Notes: generated from the sequence alone by a model not told the origin. A DNA stretch of 32,000 nt from Candidatus Saccharimonadota bacterium (GCA_036689235.1 CP144769.1:148481-180480); one strand, 5' to 3'. Positions 1-14,981 are shown, counted from the stretch's first letter. Numbers and translations are program-made.

Positions 1-60
1 AAAATATATATAATAATATATAAATTATATGATAAAAATATATTTATAAATATATTATAT

Positions 61-843
61 ATGTATAAAAAAAAATACAAAAATAAAAATATATATAATA
101 TTAATTTAATAATAAAAAAAAATAATAATATAAATTTTATTGAAGAATATTATATAAATAAAAATAATAAAAAAAAATATATAAATTATAAATTTAATAT
201 TATATTAAATAAAAATTCAAAATTAAATTATTTTAGAATAATTAATTTAAATAAAAAAACAAATTTTTATTCTAAACAAAATATTAAAGTTAAAAAAAAT
301 TCTAAATTTTATAAAAATATATTTTTAATTAATTCAAAAAAAATTTTTATTAAAGATAAAATAAATCTATATAAAAATTCTATAATAAATATTAATAATA
401 TATGTATAATTAAAAAAAAAAAATTTTTTTATTATAAAATACATATTATTCATAATAAATATAATTCAAATAGTTATCAAAAACATAAAAATATAATATT
501 ATCTCCAGGAATAATAAAATTTATAGGAATAATAACAATAAATAAAAAATCTTATAATTCAACTGCAATTTTAAAAAACTATAATCTATGTTTTAAAAAA
601 CCAAATTTTATTTTTATAAAACCACAATTAAATATTAAAAATAAAAAAGCTATATGTAAACATAAAGTAAAAATTAATAATATTAATAAAAAAATATATT
701 TTTATTTATCTAGTAAAGGTTTAAATAAATATAAAATTAAAAAAATTATATTTAAAATATTTATAAATGATATAATTAAAAAAATAAAAAATAAAATAAT
801 AAATAAAAAAATATATAAAATAATATTAAAAAAATATAAATAA
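61..843 (+). CDS. sufD: Fe-S cluster assembly protein SufD (start uncertain)
   Basis: The C-terminal third (...STAILKNYNLCFKKPNFIFIKPQLNIKNKKAICKHKVKINNINKKIYFYLSSKGLNK...) follows the SufB/SufD signature (KPQLEI..DDVKCSHGATVG..EQLFYLxSRGI). It lies directly upstream of sufS (1-nt gap), the sufD position in sufABCDSE. Frame 1 has no stop from nt 1 to 60, so the real start may be upstream of the window. TAA stop at 841-843. Confidence 0.7.
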   Translation: MYKKKYKNKNIYNINLIIKKNNNINFIEEYYINKNNKKKYINYKFNIILNKNSKLNYFRIINLNKKTNFYSKQNIKVKKNSKFYKNIFLINSKKIFIKDKINLYKNSIININNICIIKKKKFFYYKIHIIHNKYNSNSYQKHKNIILSPGIIKFIGIITINKKSYNSTAILKNYNLCFKKPNFIFIKPQLNIKNKKAICKHKVKINNINKKIYFYLSSKGLNKYKIKKIIFKIFINDIIKKIKNKIINKKIYKIILKKYK

Positions 844-844
844 A

Positions 845-2077
845 ATGAATTATAATATAAGAAAAATAAGATTAGATTTTCCAATATTAAAAAAAAGAAT
901 AAATAATAAAAGAATAACATATTTAGATAATGCTTCTACAACTCAAAAACCTAAAATTGTAATAAATAATCAAAATAAATTTTATAAAAATTATTATTCT
1001 TCTGTAAACAGAAGTATATATACATTAAGTAATATAAATTCAAATAGAATAGAAGATATAAGAATAAAAATAGCTAAATTTATAAATGCAAAATCTCCAG
1101 AAGAAATAATATTTACTAATAATAGTACAGAATCACTTAATTTTTTATCATATAGTTTAACAAAAAATAAAATCAATAAAAAAAATAATATAATTATTTC
1201 AATAATAGAACATCATGCAAATATAATACCTTGATATTTATTATCTAAAGAAATTAATTTTGAATTAAAAATATTAAAAATTGATAAAAAAGGTTATTTA
1301 AATATAAATAATTTAAAAAAAATAATTAATAAAAATACTAAAATAATATCTATAACACATATTTCTAATGTAATAGGAATTAAAAATCCAATAGAAAAAA
1401 TAATTAAAATATGTAAAAAAAATAAAATTATAAGTATAATAGATGGTTCTCAAGCTATTTCGCATATTAAAGTAGATGTACAAAAAATTAATTGTAATTT
1501 TTATATATTTTCAGGACATAAAATATATTCACCAACTGGTGTTGGAATAATATATGGTAAAAAAAAATATATTAATAATCTTAAAATATGAAAATCAGGA
1601 GGAGGAATTATATCTAATATAAATATAAAAAAAAATATTATAAATGATATACAATTTATAAATTCTCCTTGAAAATTTGAAGCTGGAACACAAAATATAG
1701 AATCTATAATAGGATTAGGAAATTCAATTGATTATATAAATAAAATAGGTATTAAAAATATAATAAATTATGAAAAAAAAATAATTAAATACACACTTAA
1801 TAAAATTAAAAATATTCCTGAAATAATAATATATGGATCTAAAAAAAAAATAAATATAATATCATTTAATATAAAAAATCAACATTGTTATGATATAGGA
1901 ATGTTATTAGATCAAAAAGGAATATTTATAAGAACAGGTAATCAATGTGCTATTCCAATAATAAAATTATATAATATACCAGGAATATGTAGACTATCTA
2001 TAGCTATGTATACTTCAAAAAAAGATATAAATATATTTATATATGAATTAAAAAAAATTATAAATTTAATAAAATAA
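845..2077 (+). CDS. sufS: Cysteine desulfurase SufS (group II, PLP-dependent)
   Basis: 410 codons once in-frame TGA is read as Trp (for example HHANIIPW at 1232-1234). N-terminus is RLDFPIL..ITYLDNASTTQKP. The PLP-lysine motif FSGHKIYSPTGVG and the catalytic-cysteine motif RTGNQCAIP (E. coli RTGHHCAMP) are both present. TAA stop at 2075-2077. Confidence 0.95.
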
Positions 2078-2078
2078 A

Positions 2079-2489
2079 ATGAATAATTTATTATATAAAA
2101 AAAAAATATTTAAAGAAATTAATTTATTAAAAAAAAATAAAGATAAATTAATATATTTAATCGAATTAGGAAAAATATTACCACTAAAAAATAAAAATAT
2201 ACGTAATAAAAAAAATATGATATATGGATGTCAAAGTAACGTTTGATTAAAAATAAATATTAAAAATAATTTAATTAAATTAAATGGAGATAGTAATTCT
2301 TTTATAATAAAAGGAATTTTATTAATAATAATAACAATTTTAAATAATAAAAATATAATATATGTAAAAAATAATATAAATAAAATTATTAAAAAAATAT
2401 ATAAATTAAAAAAAATAATAAATTATAGAATCATAGGATTAAAATCCATTATATTTTATTTAAAAAAAAAAATTAATAATAATATATAA
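2079..2489 (+). CDS. sufE: Cysteine desulfuration (sulfur acceptor) protein SufE
   Basis: 136 aa, ATG 1 nt after the sufS stop. Contains the active-site motif MIYGCQSNV-W-LKI (E. coli GCQSQVWL) with the Trp encoded by TGA. TAA stop at 2487-2489. Confidence 0.9.
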
Positions 2490-2797
2490 TTATATTATAT
2501 AATAAATTATTATTATAATTTTAAAATATAAATAAAAATAAAAAAAATATTAAATATTTTAAAATAAATTATTTAATTATTATATTTTAAAAAATACTTT
2601 TTTTATAAAAAAAATAAAGTAAAATAAATATTTTTTTGTAAATTTTAATATAAATATTTTACTATATTATATTTAAAATATTTAAAATAATAAATAATAA
2701 TAATATATATTATAATATTAATTATTTTTTAATATTATTAATATATTATAAAAATAAATTAATAAAATTAATTATAAAAATATTAAATAACATAATA

Positions 2798-3448
2798 ATG
2801 AATATTAATAAATTATATAAATTATTAAAATTTTCAAATAATAAAAATAAAAAAAAAAATTATAAAATAATAAGAAAATATTTAAATACAATATTATTAT
2901 TTAATTTATTTATATTTATTATATTAATATATTTATCTAAAATATTAATTTTAACTTTTTTAAAATATAAAAAAATAAATATTAATTTAATATCAAAAAA
3001 TATAATAAATTATTCAATAATAATATTTCCATTAATAATAAATAAAATATTAATATATTTTTTATATTTAAATAAAAATAAAAACAAAAATAATAAAATA
3101 TATATTTTTATATTAATATTTATACAATTATTAAATATAATTATTACTAAATTATTTAAATATTCTAAATTATCATCATTAATTATTATATCTCATTATA
3201 TAAATATAATTACAATTTATTTAAAATTAAAAAAAAAAAAAATAATAAAATTAAAATATAAATATAAAAAATTTATTTTTAAAATAATAATATCTTATAT
3301 AATAATAATATTAATATTAAATTATATAACAAAAAATTTAATAAAAAATTTTATTAATCTGAACTTTATATCCAGATTAATAAAATTATTGTTAATATTT
3401 AGTATTAATATATCCTCATATATATTTATATTATTAAAATTAAAATAA
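2798..3448 (+). CDS. Hypothetical multi-pass membrane protein (orphan)
   Basis: A 216-codon ORF with no TAA or TAG. That is very unlikely by chance here, since about 9% of random triplets should be TAA/TAG. It has 5-6 long Ile/Leu/Phe-rich hydrophobic segments separated by Lys/Asn loops. I recognise no family motif. It follows a 308-bp spacer that is nearly pure A/T. Confidence 0.5.
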   Translation: MNINKLYKLLKFSNNKNKKKNYKIIRKYLNTILLFNLFIFIILIYLSKILILTFLKYKKININLISKNIINYSIIIFPLIINKILIYFLYLNKNKNKNNKIYIFILIFIQLLNIIITKLFKYSKLSSLIIISHYINIITIYLKLKKKKIIKLKYKYKKFIFKIIISYIIIILILNYITKNLIKNFINLNFISRLIKLLLIFSINISSYIFILLKLK

Positions 3449-3455
3449 ATTTATA

Positions 3456-3704
3456 TTACTTTTTATCTTTATTTTTTAAAGAATTTATACAATCTATTGC
3501 TGATTGAATATTATTAATTTTTTCAGCTTTATCATCAGATATTTCTACATCAAATTCTTCTTCTAAAGCCATAATTAACTCTATTACATCTAAAGAATCT
3601 GCTCCTAAATCATTTACAAAAGATTTTTCATTATTTATATCTTCTAATTTAATATTTAATTGATCACTAACTATTTTCTTAACGCGATTTTCTATATTAG
3701 ACAT
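3456..3704 (-). CDS. acpP: Acyl carrier protein
   Basis: 82 aa, [16 protein letters not shown]...[29 protein letters not shown], with the canonical DSLD phosphopantetheine attachment site. An AGG Shine-Dalgarno-like element lies 6 nt upstream of the ATG. Confidence 0.97.
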   Translation of the reverse strand: MSNIENRVKKIVSDQLNIKLEDINNEKSFVNDLGADSLDVIELIMALEEEFDVEISDDKAEKINNIQSAIDCINSLKNKDKK

Positions 3705-3806
3705 ATCTTACCTACAATTATTTAAATTTTTAATTAAAATATTTAAAATAAATATAAATAAATTTTATATATATTTGATATTTTTTTCAAATAAAATATA
3801 AATTAT

Positions 3807-3974
3807 TTATATAATTTTATTACCTTTATAAAAACCATTTTTAGTAATATGATGATATAAACTTATTTCATTACTATTTTTATTTTTAAATAAAACCGGT
3901 AATGTTAAACGAGTATTATTTGATCTACGATGATCTCTTTTAGATCTACTTTTTTTACTTTTTTGTACAGCCAT
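3807..3974 (-). CDS. rpmF: 50S ribosomal protein L32
   Basis: Hand translation gives MAVQKSKKSRSKRDHRRSNNTRLTLPVLFKNKNSNEISLYHHITKNGFYKGNKII. E. coli L32 is [20 protein letters not shown]...HHIT.DGYYRGRKVI. The ORF track missed it because it is only 55 aa. AAGG lies upstream of the ATG. Confidence 0.93.
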   Translation of the reverse strand: MAVQKSKKSRSKRDHRRSNNTRLTLPVLFKNKNSNEISLYHHITKNGFYKGNKII

Positions 3975-3999
3975 AAATTACCTTATTGAAATTTAAAAA

Positions 4000-4935
4000 T
4001 TAAATTAAATTATTTAAAGTTGATAAAAAATTATTATTTAAATTAGAATATAAATTTATATTTTTTTTAAAAAAAGGATGAAAAAAAGATAAAAAATAAG
4101 AATGTAAAAATAATCTTTTTATTTTATATTTTTTTAAAAAAAATTTATTTTTTTTTTTATTACCATAAATATTATCACCTATAATTGGATAACCTAAATT
4201 ACTAGTTTGTAATCTTATCTGATGATTTCTACCAGTAATAGGAATTATTTTTAATAAAGTATATTTACTATAATATTTTTTAACAAAAAATAAAGTTTTA
4301 GATAATTTACCATTATTATTATAATTATTTTTATTAATATAAGAAATATATTTATTTTTAAATATATAATTTTCTATAATTTTAATATTAAAAGGTCAAA
4401 TTCCATTTATTAAAGCTATATATTTTTTTTTAATTTTATTTTCTTTAAAATTTTTATGTAAAAATCGTAACATATTTAAATTTTTAGAAATTAATAAAAT
4501 ACCAGAAGTACTTTTATCAATTCGATGAACTAATTCTAAAAATTCTTCATTTTTATAAATATATTTAAAAATATCTATAATATTTAAATTAATTTTACTA
4601 CCTTTATGAACAGAAATACCATATGGTTTATCTATAGCTAAAATATATTTATCTTCATAAATAATAAATTTTTTAAATTTATCTATAATATATTTATCAA
4701 TATATATTTTTTTTTTTTTAATATTTATTAAAGGAATTCTAATTATATCATTTATTTTTAATTTATAATTATAAGAAATACGTTTTTTATTTACTCTAAT
4801 ATTTCCTTTACGTAATAAAGAATATATTTTATTTTTAGGTAAAATTTTAATAATTTTAAATAAATAATTATCAATTCTTTGATTTACATTATTAATATTA
4901 ACTTTAATAAAATTTAAAAAAAACTTTTTAACCAT
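4000..4935 (-). CDS. rluC: 23S rRNA pseudouridine synthase, RluA family (RluC-like)
   Basis: 311 aa after reading through TGA at 4396-4398. It has an S4-like N-terminus (QRIDNYL...LLRKGNIRVN), the catalytic motif HRIDKSTSGILLISK, and PITGRNHQIRLQ near the C-terminus. It is divergent from rne, as rluC is in E. coli. Confidence 0.85.
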
Positions 4936-5015
4936 ATATATATTATAAATAATTATTTAATAATAAACTATTATTTTAAATAAAAATTAATAATTTTTAA
5001 TAAGATAATAAATCA

Positions 5016-5020
5016 AAGGA
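5016..5020 (+). promoter_or_regulatory. Shine-Dalgarno-like AAGGA upstream of rne
   Basis: aaAAGGAataaaATG, with a 5-nt spacer. This is one of very few G-containing motifs in the 90-bp rluC/rne divergent spacer. Similar AAGG elements precede acpP, rpmF, infC and ybhL, but most other genes lack one. Confidence 0.35.
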
Positions 5021-5025
5021 ATAAA

Positions 5026-6237
5026 ATGAAAAAAATTTTAATAAAATTTACAAAAAATGAAGAATTATATATAGCATTAATAAAAAATAAAAAATTATAT
5101 GATTTAAATATAGAAAATAAAAAATATAAAAATAAAAAATTAAATATATATAAAGGAATAATATCAAAAATACAACCTGGATTAGAAGCAGTATTTATTA
5201 ATTATGGAGAAAAAAAAAATGGTTTTTTACCTATTAAAGAAATATCTAAAAAATATTTAAAAAATAATTTATATAAAGGTCAAGAATTAATTGTTCAAAT
5301 AAATAAAGAAGAAAGAAATAATAAAGGTGCTTTTTTAACTACATTTATAACTATAATAAAAAATAATTTAATATTAATGCCAAATAACCCTAAATTATTA
5401 GGAATATCAAAAAAAATAACTGGAAATAAAAGATATAAATTAAAATTAATAATTAAAAAATTAAATTTACCAAAAAATATGGGCATTATAATACGTACTT
5501 CAGGTATTAATAAATCATTAAAATTATTAAAATTAGATTTAAAATTAAGTATAAATAAATGAAAAAAAATACAAAAAAAAATGAATGAATTAAAAAAACC
5601 AAATTTAATATATAAACAAAATAATATATTAACTAAATTATTGAGAGAATATTTATATGAAAATATAGATGAAATATTAATAGATAATTATAAAATATAT
5701 AAATTAGTTAAAAAATATGTAAAAAAAATAGATAAAAGAAAATTTAAAAATAAAATAAATTTTTATAATAAAAAAATATCATTATTTAAATATTTTAAAA
5801 TAGAAAAACAAATAGAATTAATATATAAAAGAAAAATAATATTACCTTCAGGTGGATCTATAATTATAGATAATACAGAAGCTTTAACATCAATAGATAT
5901 AAATTCATCAAAATATATAAAAGGATCAAATATAGAAACAACAGCTTTAAATACAAATTTAGAAGCTTCTAAAGAAATAATTAGACAATTACGTTTAAGA
6001 AATATAGGAGGTTTAATAGTAATAGATTTTATAGATATGATTTTACATAAAAATCAAAAAATAGTTGAAAATAATTTAAAAAATATTATAAAAAAAGATA
6101 AAGCAAAAATTCATATTGGATATATATCCAAATTTGGATTATTAGAAATGTCAAGACAAAGAATAAATAATTCTTTTATAAAATCAAATTATTATATATG
6201 TCCAAAATGTAATGGATCTGGTAATATAAAAAAATAA
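5026..6237 (+). CDS. rne: Ribonuclease E/G catalytic core (minimal RNase E)
   Basis: 403 aa. Track ORFs 5026-5562 and 5581-6237 share a frame and join through TGA at 5560 (LSINK-W-KKIQ; E. coli LKHWEAIKK). It has an S1 domain (NIYKGIISKIQPGLEAVFINYGEKKNGFLP), the catalytic aspartates (IIDNTEALTSIDINS and GGLIVIDFIDM), LLEMSRQR, and the Zn-link CPKCNGSG, followed by only IKK and TAA. Confidence 0.9.
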
Positions 6238-6378
6238 TATTTATATTAATATAAAAAATAAATATTATCAAATAATTATAAATTAATAATAAATTTAACA
6301 AAATACATATTATATAATAATTTTAATTTAATAAATTAATATATTAATATATTTTTTTTTAAAAAAATAAAATAAAAA

Positions 6379-8844
<2,466 letters not shown>

Positions 8845-8846
8845 TA

Positions 8847-9608
8847 ATGAAAAAAATACATTTTTATAATATAAAAAATATAAATTTAAATAAAAAATAT
8901 AAAATATTTTTTATAATAGGAAACGATTATATAAATAAACAAAATTGTAAAATATATATTAAAAAAAAAATATTATTATTTATAAAAAATTTTAATATTA
9001 TAAATATAATAATAAATAATAAATATAATTGAAATAAATTAGAAAATATTATAATTAATAAAAATTTATTTTCAAAAAAAAAATTAATAATCATAAATAT
9101 AATAGAAGAAATAAATAAAATAAATAAATATATATATAAATATATAATTAAAAAAATAAAAAAAAATAATATTATATATTTTATAATAAATTACAATTTT
9201 GATTATTTAAAAAATATAAATTTTAAAAAAAAACATAAAAATATTTTAATAATAATATGTAAAAAAAATATTATTTATAATAAAAATAATATTTTTTATA
9301 ATAAATATATAAATTCTAATTATATTAAAAATATAATTTTATTAATTTATAAAAATAAAATAGAAAAAATATTTTATATAATTGATAAAATTAAAAAAGA
9401 AAATTATATTAAAATAATATTATTAAATATAATATTTAAATATTTTATAAAAAATTTACATAAATATAATAAATTTGAAACCAAAAAAATATTAAATTTA
9501 ATAAAAGAAAACGAAATAAATATTAAAAAAAATATTAATATAAATTGAATAAATTTAAAAATATTATTATTATTAATAATAAATAAAAATATATTAAATA
9601 TATATTAA
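8847..9608 (+). CDS. holA: DNA polymerase III delta subunit (shortened)
   Basis: 253 aa, fully hand-translated; it starts 2 nt after the leuS stop. The N-terminus IFFIIGNDYINKQN...N-W-NKLENIIINKNLFSKKKLIIINI parallels E. coli HolA YLLLGNDPLLLQE...DWNAIFSLCQAMSLFASRQTLLLL. Its position immediately downstream of leuS supports the call (E. coli order is leuS-lptE-holA). Confidence 0.75.
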
Positions 9609-9617
9609 TTATATAAT

Positions 9618-11489
9618 TTAAAAAATTAATTTTTTAATAAAATTATTACATTTATTATTTTTTTTTTTTATACAATTTAAAAATATATCTTTATTAGAAT
9701 AAATAGTAATTTTTTTTTTAGCTCTAGTAATAGCAGTATATAATATTTCTTTATTTAAAATATTAGAAAAATAATTAGGTATAATTAATAAAATATGATT
9801 AAATTCAGATCCTTGAGATTTATGTACAGTAATTACTCAAGTTAATTTTCAATTAATAAAATTATTAAAATAAATAATTTTATATTTATTATTAAAATCC
9901 GGAAAAAAAATTTTTATTATATTATTTTTATAAACTATAAATCCTATATCACCATTAAATATATTTAAATCATTATTATTTTTAGTAATTATAATTGGTT
10001 GACCAACATAATAAAATTTATTATTAATAATAATATATTTTTTAATATATTTATTTAAAAATAAATTATTAATATATTTATTTAAATATTTAGAACCTAA
10101 TATAGAATTTTTTATTATAGATATAATTTGAAATTTATTAAAATAATATAAAAATTTATTATATTTAAGATTACTACTATTTAAATAATTAATATAATAT
10201 TTATATTTTTTTAAACATAAATTAATTAAAAAATTATAATTAAATTTATCTGAATCATAAAAATTTATATTACAATTAAAATTATTATTAATTATAAATT
10301 TATCAATTTTATTATAATCACCATAATTTATAAAATTAGAAAATATATTTAAATATTTATTTTTTTTAAAACGATAATTTTTTAATAAAAATGATATATT
10401 ATTATTTAATTTATTAATATTTAATAATATTTTATTAAAATTTATTTTCTTTTTTAATAAAAAATTTAATAATTTACTTTTTTTTTTAAATAAAGAATAA
10501 TTATAATTACATATTTCATTTAAAAATGAACAAGATTCTACAGGACCTATTTGATTACTATCTCCTAAAAATATTATTTTTAAAAAATTATCTTTTAATG
10601 AAATAAGTAAATAATATAATGTGACTACATCAATCATAGAAAATTCATCTATTATTAAAATATTAAAACTTAAATTATCACTTTTATTAATATTTATTTT
10701 ATTAAAATTTAAATAATTTAATAATTTATGTATTGTTGTAGCTTTATTTGGTAAAATATTATAATATTTTTTATTAATATTTAATAAATTATAATTTTTT
10801 TTTAATATATTAGTTAAATTAGAAGAAGATTTTCCAGTAAAAGAAACTATTTTAATAAAATCTTTATCTTTTATTTTATATATTTTATATAAAATTAAAA
10901 TTAATTTAACAATAAGAGTAGTTTTACCTGTACCTGGTAAACCAGAAATAAAAGATATTTTATTAAAAAAAACATTTAAAATACAAATTTTTTCATATAT
11001 ATTAAAATTATTTTTTTTTATTATATTAAATATAATATTTATTTTTTTTTTTTCTATTATACTATTTTTATTAATATTTTTTTTAAAAAAAATTACTATA
11101 TAATTTTCATATATTCAAAATTTATATAAATAAATACAATCTTTATATAATATAAAAGGAGTTATATCATTTTTATAATAAAAACTTATCAAATTATATT
11201 TAAATAATATATTTATACTATTATCAATATTTATATATTTATTAAAAAAATATATTAAAAAATTATATATATATTTATTAAATATACTTTCATTAATTAT
11301 TCTATAAATTGGAAGACATGTATGTCCTAATCTACTAGATAAACTAACTAAAAAACTAAATAACATAATAATAGAATAATTAAAATTATTTTTTTTAAAA
11401 TAAAATTTTGAAAAATATATTTCTAATAAATTAGCTTCTTTTCTTTTATAACATGATCATAAAAAATTTTCTATTTCATTAAAATACAT
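9618..11489 (-). CDS. recD: Exodeoxyribonuclease V alpha subunit RecD
   Basis: 623 aa. Track ORFs 9849-10637 and 11115-11366 are in one frame, and I found no TAA or TAG between them. Matching segments: GHTCLPIY and PFILYKDCIYLYKFW (E. coli GHVCLPL, PMILCGDRLYLNRMW), Walker A ISGLPGTGKT, IIDEFSMIDV, IFLGDSNQIGPVE, and the C-terminal VITVHKSQGSEFNHILLIIP...ILYTAITRAKKK. Confidence 0.9.
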
Positions 11490-11501
11490 AACTAATACTT
11501 A

Positions 11502-14500
11502 TTATTTTTTTAACAAATCATTTAATTTAAAAATTAATTTTTTATTAGGTTTAATAAATAAAATACCATTATAAGATCTATAATTATTTTCAATAAATAA
11601 ACCTCTCATGAAAATATAATATATACCACCAAAATTTAAAGAATAATCATAATTTTTAATAAATAAATTTAAATAATTATGTAAAGCAATAGAATATATT
11701 TGATATTGAATATCATACCTTTTAAAAATTATATTTTTTATAATATTAGTTTTATTATAATATAAAATATTATTACCAAATCAATTTGATTTATAATCAA
11801 CAATATAATATTTTTTTTTATATAAAAAAATTAAATCTATAACACCATTTAAATAACCTTTAATATATTTTTTTATACTTAAATTATCACATAAACATGA
11901 AATTTTATCATATTTATTTATAATAATATTATATTTACTAAAATTAAATTTTTTTATATTCAAAAAAAAATCAAATTCTTTTAATAAAAAATTAATATTA
12001 ATATTTATTAAATTTATATTTAATGGATATAAAATAACATTTAATATATTAAATAATATTTTTTTAATATTAAAAAAATATTTTTTTTTAATATCAAAAA
12101 TATACATATATTTTAATAAAAAATTATTATTTATATTTTTATTAAATTTAATTTTTTCTAAAATTTTATGAAAAAATAATCCTACATTTTTACCTTTAGG
12201 TAAATTAATAAAAAAAATATTTTTATTTAAATTATTATTATTATAATTATTAATTAATAATTTATTATTTTTATTTAATAAAATAATTTTAGAATAATTA
12301 ATTATTTTATTAAATATTATTTTTTTTTTATTATTTATATAATTATCATCTAATAAATATTTTATAATATAAAAATTATTTTTTTTTATATAATTAATAA
12401 TATTAATAAAATTAAAATTAATATATTTACACTTATTAAAACTAAAAATTTTATTATTAATTTCAGAAAAATTAAAATTTTTATTATTACCTATAATTCT
12501 ACCTATAGAACTAAAACAAAATTTTAATTTTTTATTAAAATTTTCATATAAAATAATATTACACATATATACAGATCTAGTAATAGATACATATAATAAA
12601 CGCATTTCTTCAGAAATTATTTCTTCATTCATTAAATTATTATATTTTTTAATACCTAAAAAATCTATATTAGTTTTACAATTTTTACGATTATGATAAA
12701 TATTAAAATTAATATTATTATTTGAATAAAATAAAAAAGGTATTCAAACTATATTATATTGTAAACCTTTTGATTTATGTATAGTAGATATTTTAATTCC
12801 ATTATTTTCATAAGAAAAAGAACGTAAATAATATTCTTTATTATTATTATTAGAAGAATTATTAATTTTATTATTTAATCAAATTAATAATAATAATTTA
12901 TCATTAATATAATAAAATTTTTTTTCTAAAATTTCAGATATATGTAATATATTTAAATTATATTGTTCATTTTTATAATTTAAAAAATTATTAATATTTT
13001 TATTTTTTATAAAAAAATTTAATAAACAATAAATACCATATTTATTTAAAATATTATAATAATAATAAAAATCATCTATAATTTTTATATATAAATTATT
13101 ATGATTAATAATTTTATTTATATCATTTAAATTATAATTAAATAAATTAGTAGACAAAGCATTTCTAATATTTAATTTTGAATTAGGAAAAATAACAGCT
13201 TTTAATAAAAAATAAATTTCTTTAGCTTCTAAAGAATCAAAAACATTACTTTTATTTAATATACAATTAATGGGTAAAAAAAATTTTTTTAAAGTATTAA
13301 AAAAAATTTTTATTTCATAATTTTTACGAACTAATATACAAATATCAGAAGGTAATATTTTTCTTTTATTTTTATTATTTTTATATATATAAATATTATT
13401 GGAATTTAAAATTTTATATAATTTTATTGAACAAAATTTAGCTATTTTATTTTTATAATTTAAATTATTTAAATTATTTAATATATAAAAATTCATACTA
13501 TTAAATATTTTATTTTTATTTTTAATAATTAAATTTTTATTTTTATAAGAAGGTAAAATAGATAAATAATTAGTATCTTTAAAAATAAATGGATTATTAA
13601 TTTTATTAAATAAAAAATTTATACTTTTTACTAAAAAAAAAGAAGATCTTCAATTAATATTTAATATATATAAAAAATCAATATTATTTTTAGATTTAAT
13701 ATAACTAAATATATTAGCTCCTCTAAACGTATATATTGATTGTTTTGGATCACCTATAAATATTATTTTTGTGTTATCAAATTTATTTTTTATATATATA
13801 TTATAAAATATATTATATTGTAAAAAATCAGTATCTTGAAATTCATCTATTAAAGATAAAGGATAATTTTTTCTAATAATTTTTATAAAAGAATTATTAT
13901 AATTATTAACACTTAATATATTATTTAATTTACTTATTAAATCATTAAAACTAATAAAATTATTTTCTTTTTTATAGCAATTTAAATTATCTTTAATATA
14001 TTTTAAACATTTAAATATAACAAAATTATATAAATTATTAATTTTAATATATAATTTTTCTATTTTAATAAAAATATATTTAATATCTAAATTTATAAAT
14101 AATTTATATTTAATAATATATTTATATTTAAATTTTTTTAAACAATAAGGAATATAAAAATTGATAGTCTTAGAATTACATCATAAATTTATAATATTAA
14201 ACCAATTATTTATAATTTTATTATTAAATAAATTATAATAATTATTTAAATTAATAAAAAATACATAAATATTATTATAATTTTCAATTCATTCTTTTTT
14301 AAATTTATTAATAAAAAATATAATTTTATTATAACAATCTTCAATAGAATTATATTTTTTAATATTATTAAATTTAAAATCAATAAAATTTAAAATAGGT
14401 AATATAAAATTATATAATTTTTCAGGAGTAGATCAATAAAAAAAAATTATTTTACTTAAATTATAAGATAATTTATAAAAATATTTACGTCAAAAAAATA

Positions 14501-14981
14501 TTATCATTTTATAAATTAAATTATATTCATAATCTAAAATTTTTAAAGAATTATTTATATTAGAATTAATAAAATAAGAAAATAAAATTTTTTTACAAAA
14601 ACTATGTATAGTATATATAGAAGAAATATCAATATTATTTTCATATTGTATTAATATATCTAGTATATTAGGAATATTTTTAATATATAAAAATATATGT
14701 TTTATATAATCATTTAAAAATATATTTTTTATAAAACAAATACGTAATTTTCTTAAATTATTAAGTATTCTTTTCTTAATTTCTAAACATGCTAAATCAG
14801 TAAAAGTAACAATTAATATATTATTTATAAATAAATTTGAAAATTTATTTTCTATATTTATATTTAATAAAAAACGTAAATATAATAAAGATAAAATATT
14901 TGTTTTTCCAGTACCAGCCGATGCTTCTATTAAATTAGATTTACCTAAGTATATATTTAAAAAATCTATATTATTTATCAT
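11502..14981 (-). CDS. recB: Exodeoxyribonuclease V beta subunit RecB (helicase-nuclease)
   Basis: 1159 aa. I hand-checked all inter-fragment gaps (12633-12878 and 13497-14489) and found only TGA, no TAA or TAG. Matching segments: LIEASAGTGKTNILSLLYLRFLL, LIDEFQDTD, IGDPKQSIYTFRGANIF, NINWRS, HKSKGLQYNIVWIPF, LLYVSITRS, the nuclease motif GVIDLIF...YYIVDYKSNW, and RYDIQYQIYSIALHNYL...FGGIYYIFMRG. Confidence 0.93.

Noticed and set aside
702-920. Antisense or overlapping ORFs in the supplied track: 702-920(-), 994-1176(-), 5295-5486(-), 6771-6977(-), 8673-8861(-), 20948-21139(-), 21178-21372(-), 29741-30067(-), 31223-31441(-)
   Set aside because: Each lies opposite a well-supported conserved gene (sufD/sufS, rne, leuS, rplT, pheS, glnS, or the orphan ORF). 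They translate to Phe/Leu/Ile/Tyr-rich mirror images of Lys/Asn-rich coding sequence and have no motif. This is the expected artefact of A/T-rich codons, where AAA/AAT on one strand reads TTT/ATT on the other.
8847-9032. The track ORF 8847-9032 is a stand-alone 61-aa peptide
   Set aside because: It is the N-terminus of holA. The frame continues through TGA at 9030-9032 for another 192 codons to TAA at 9606-9608.
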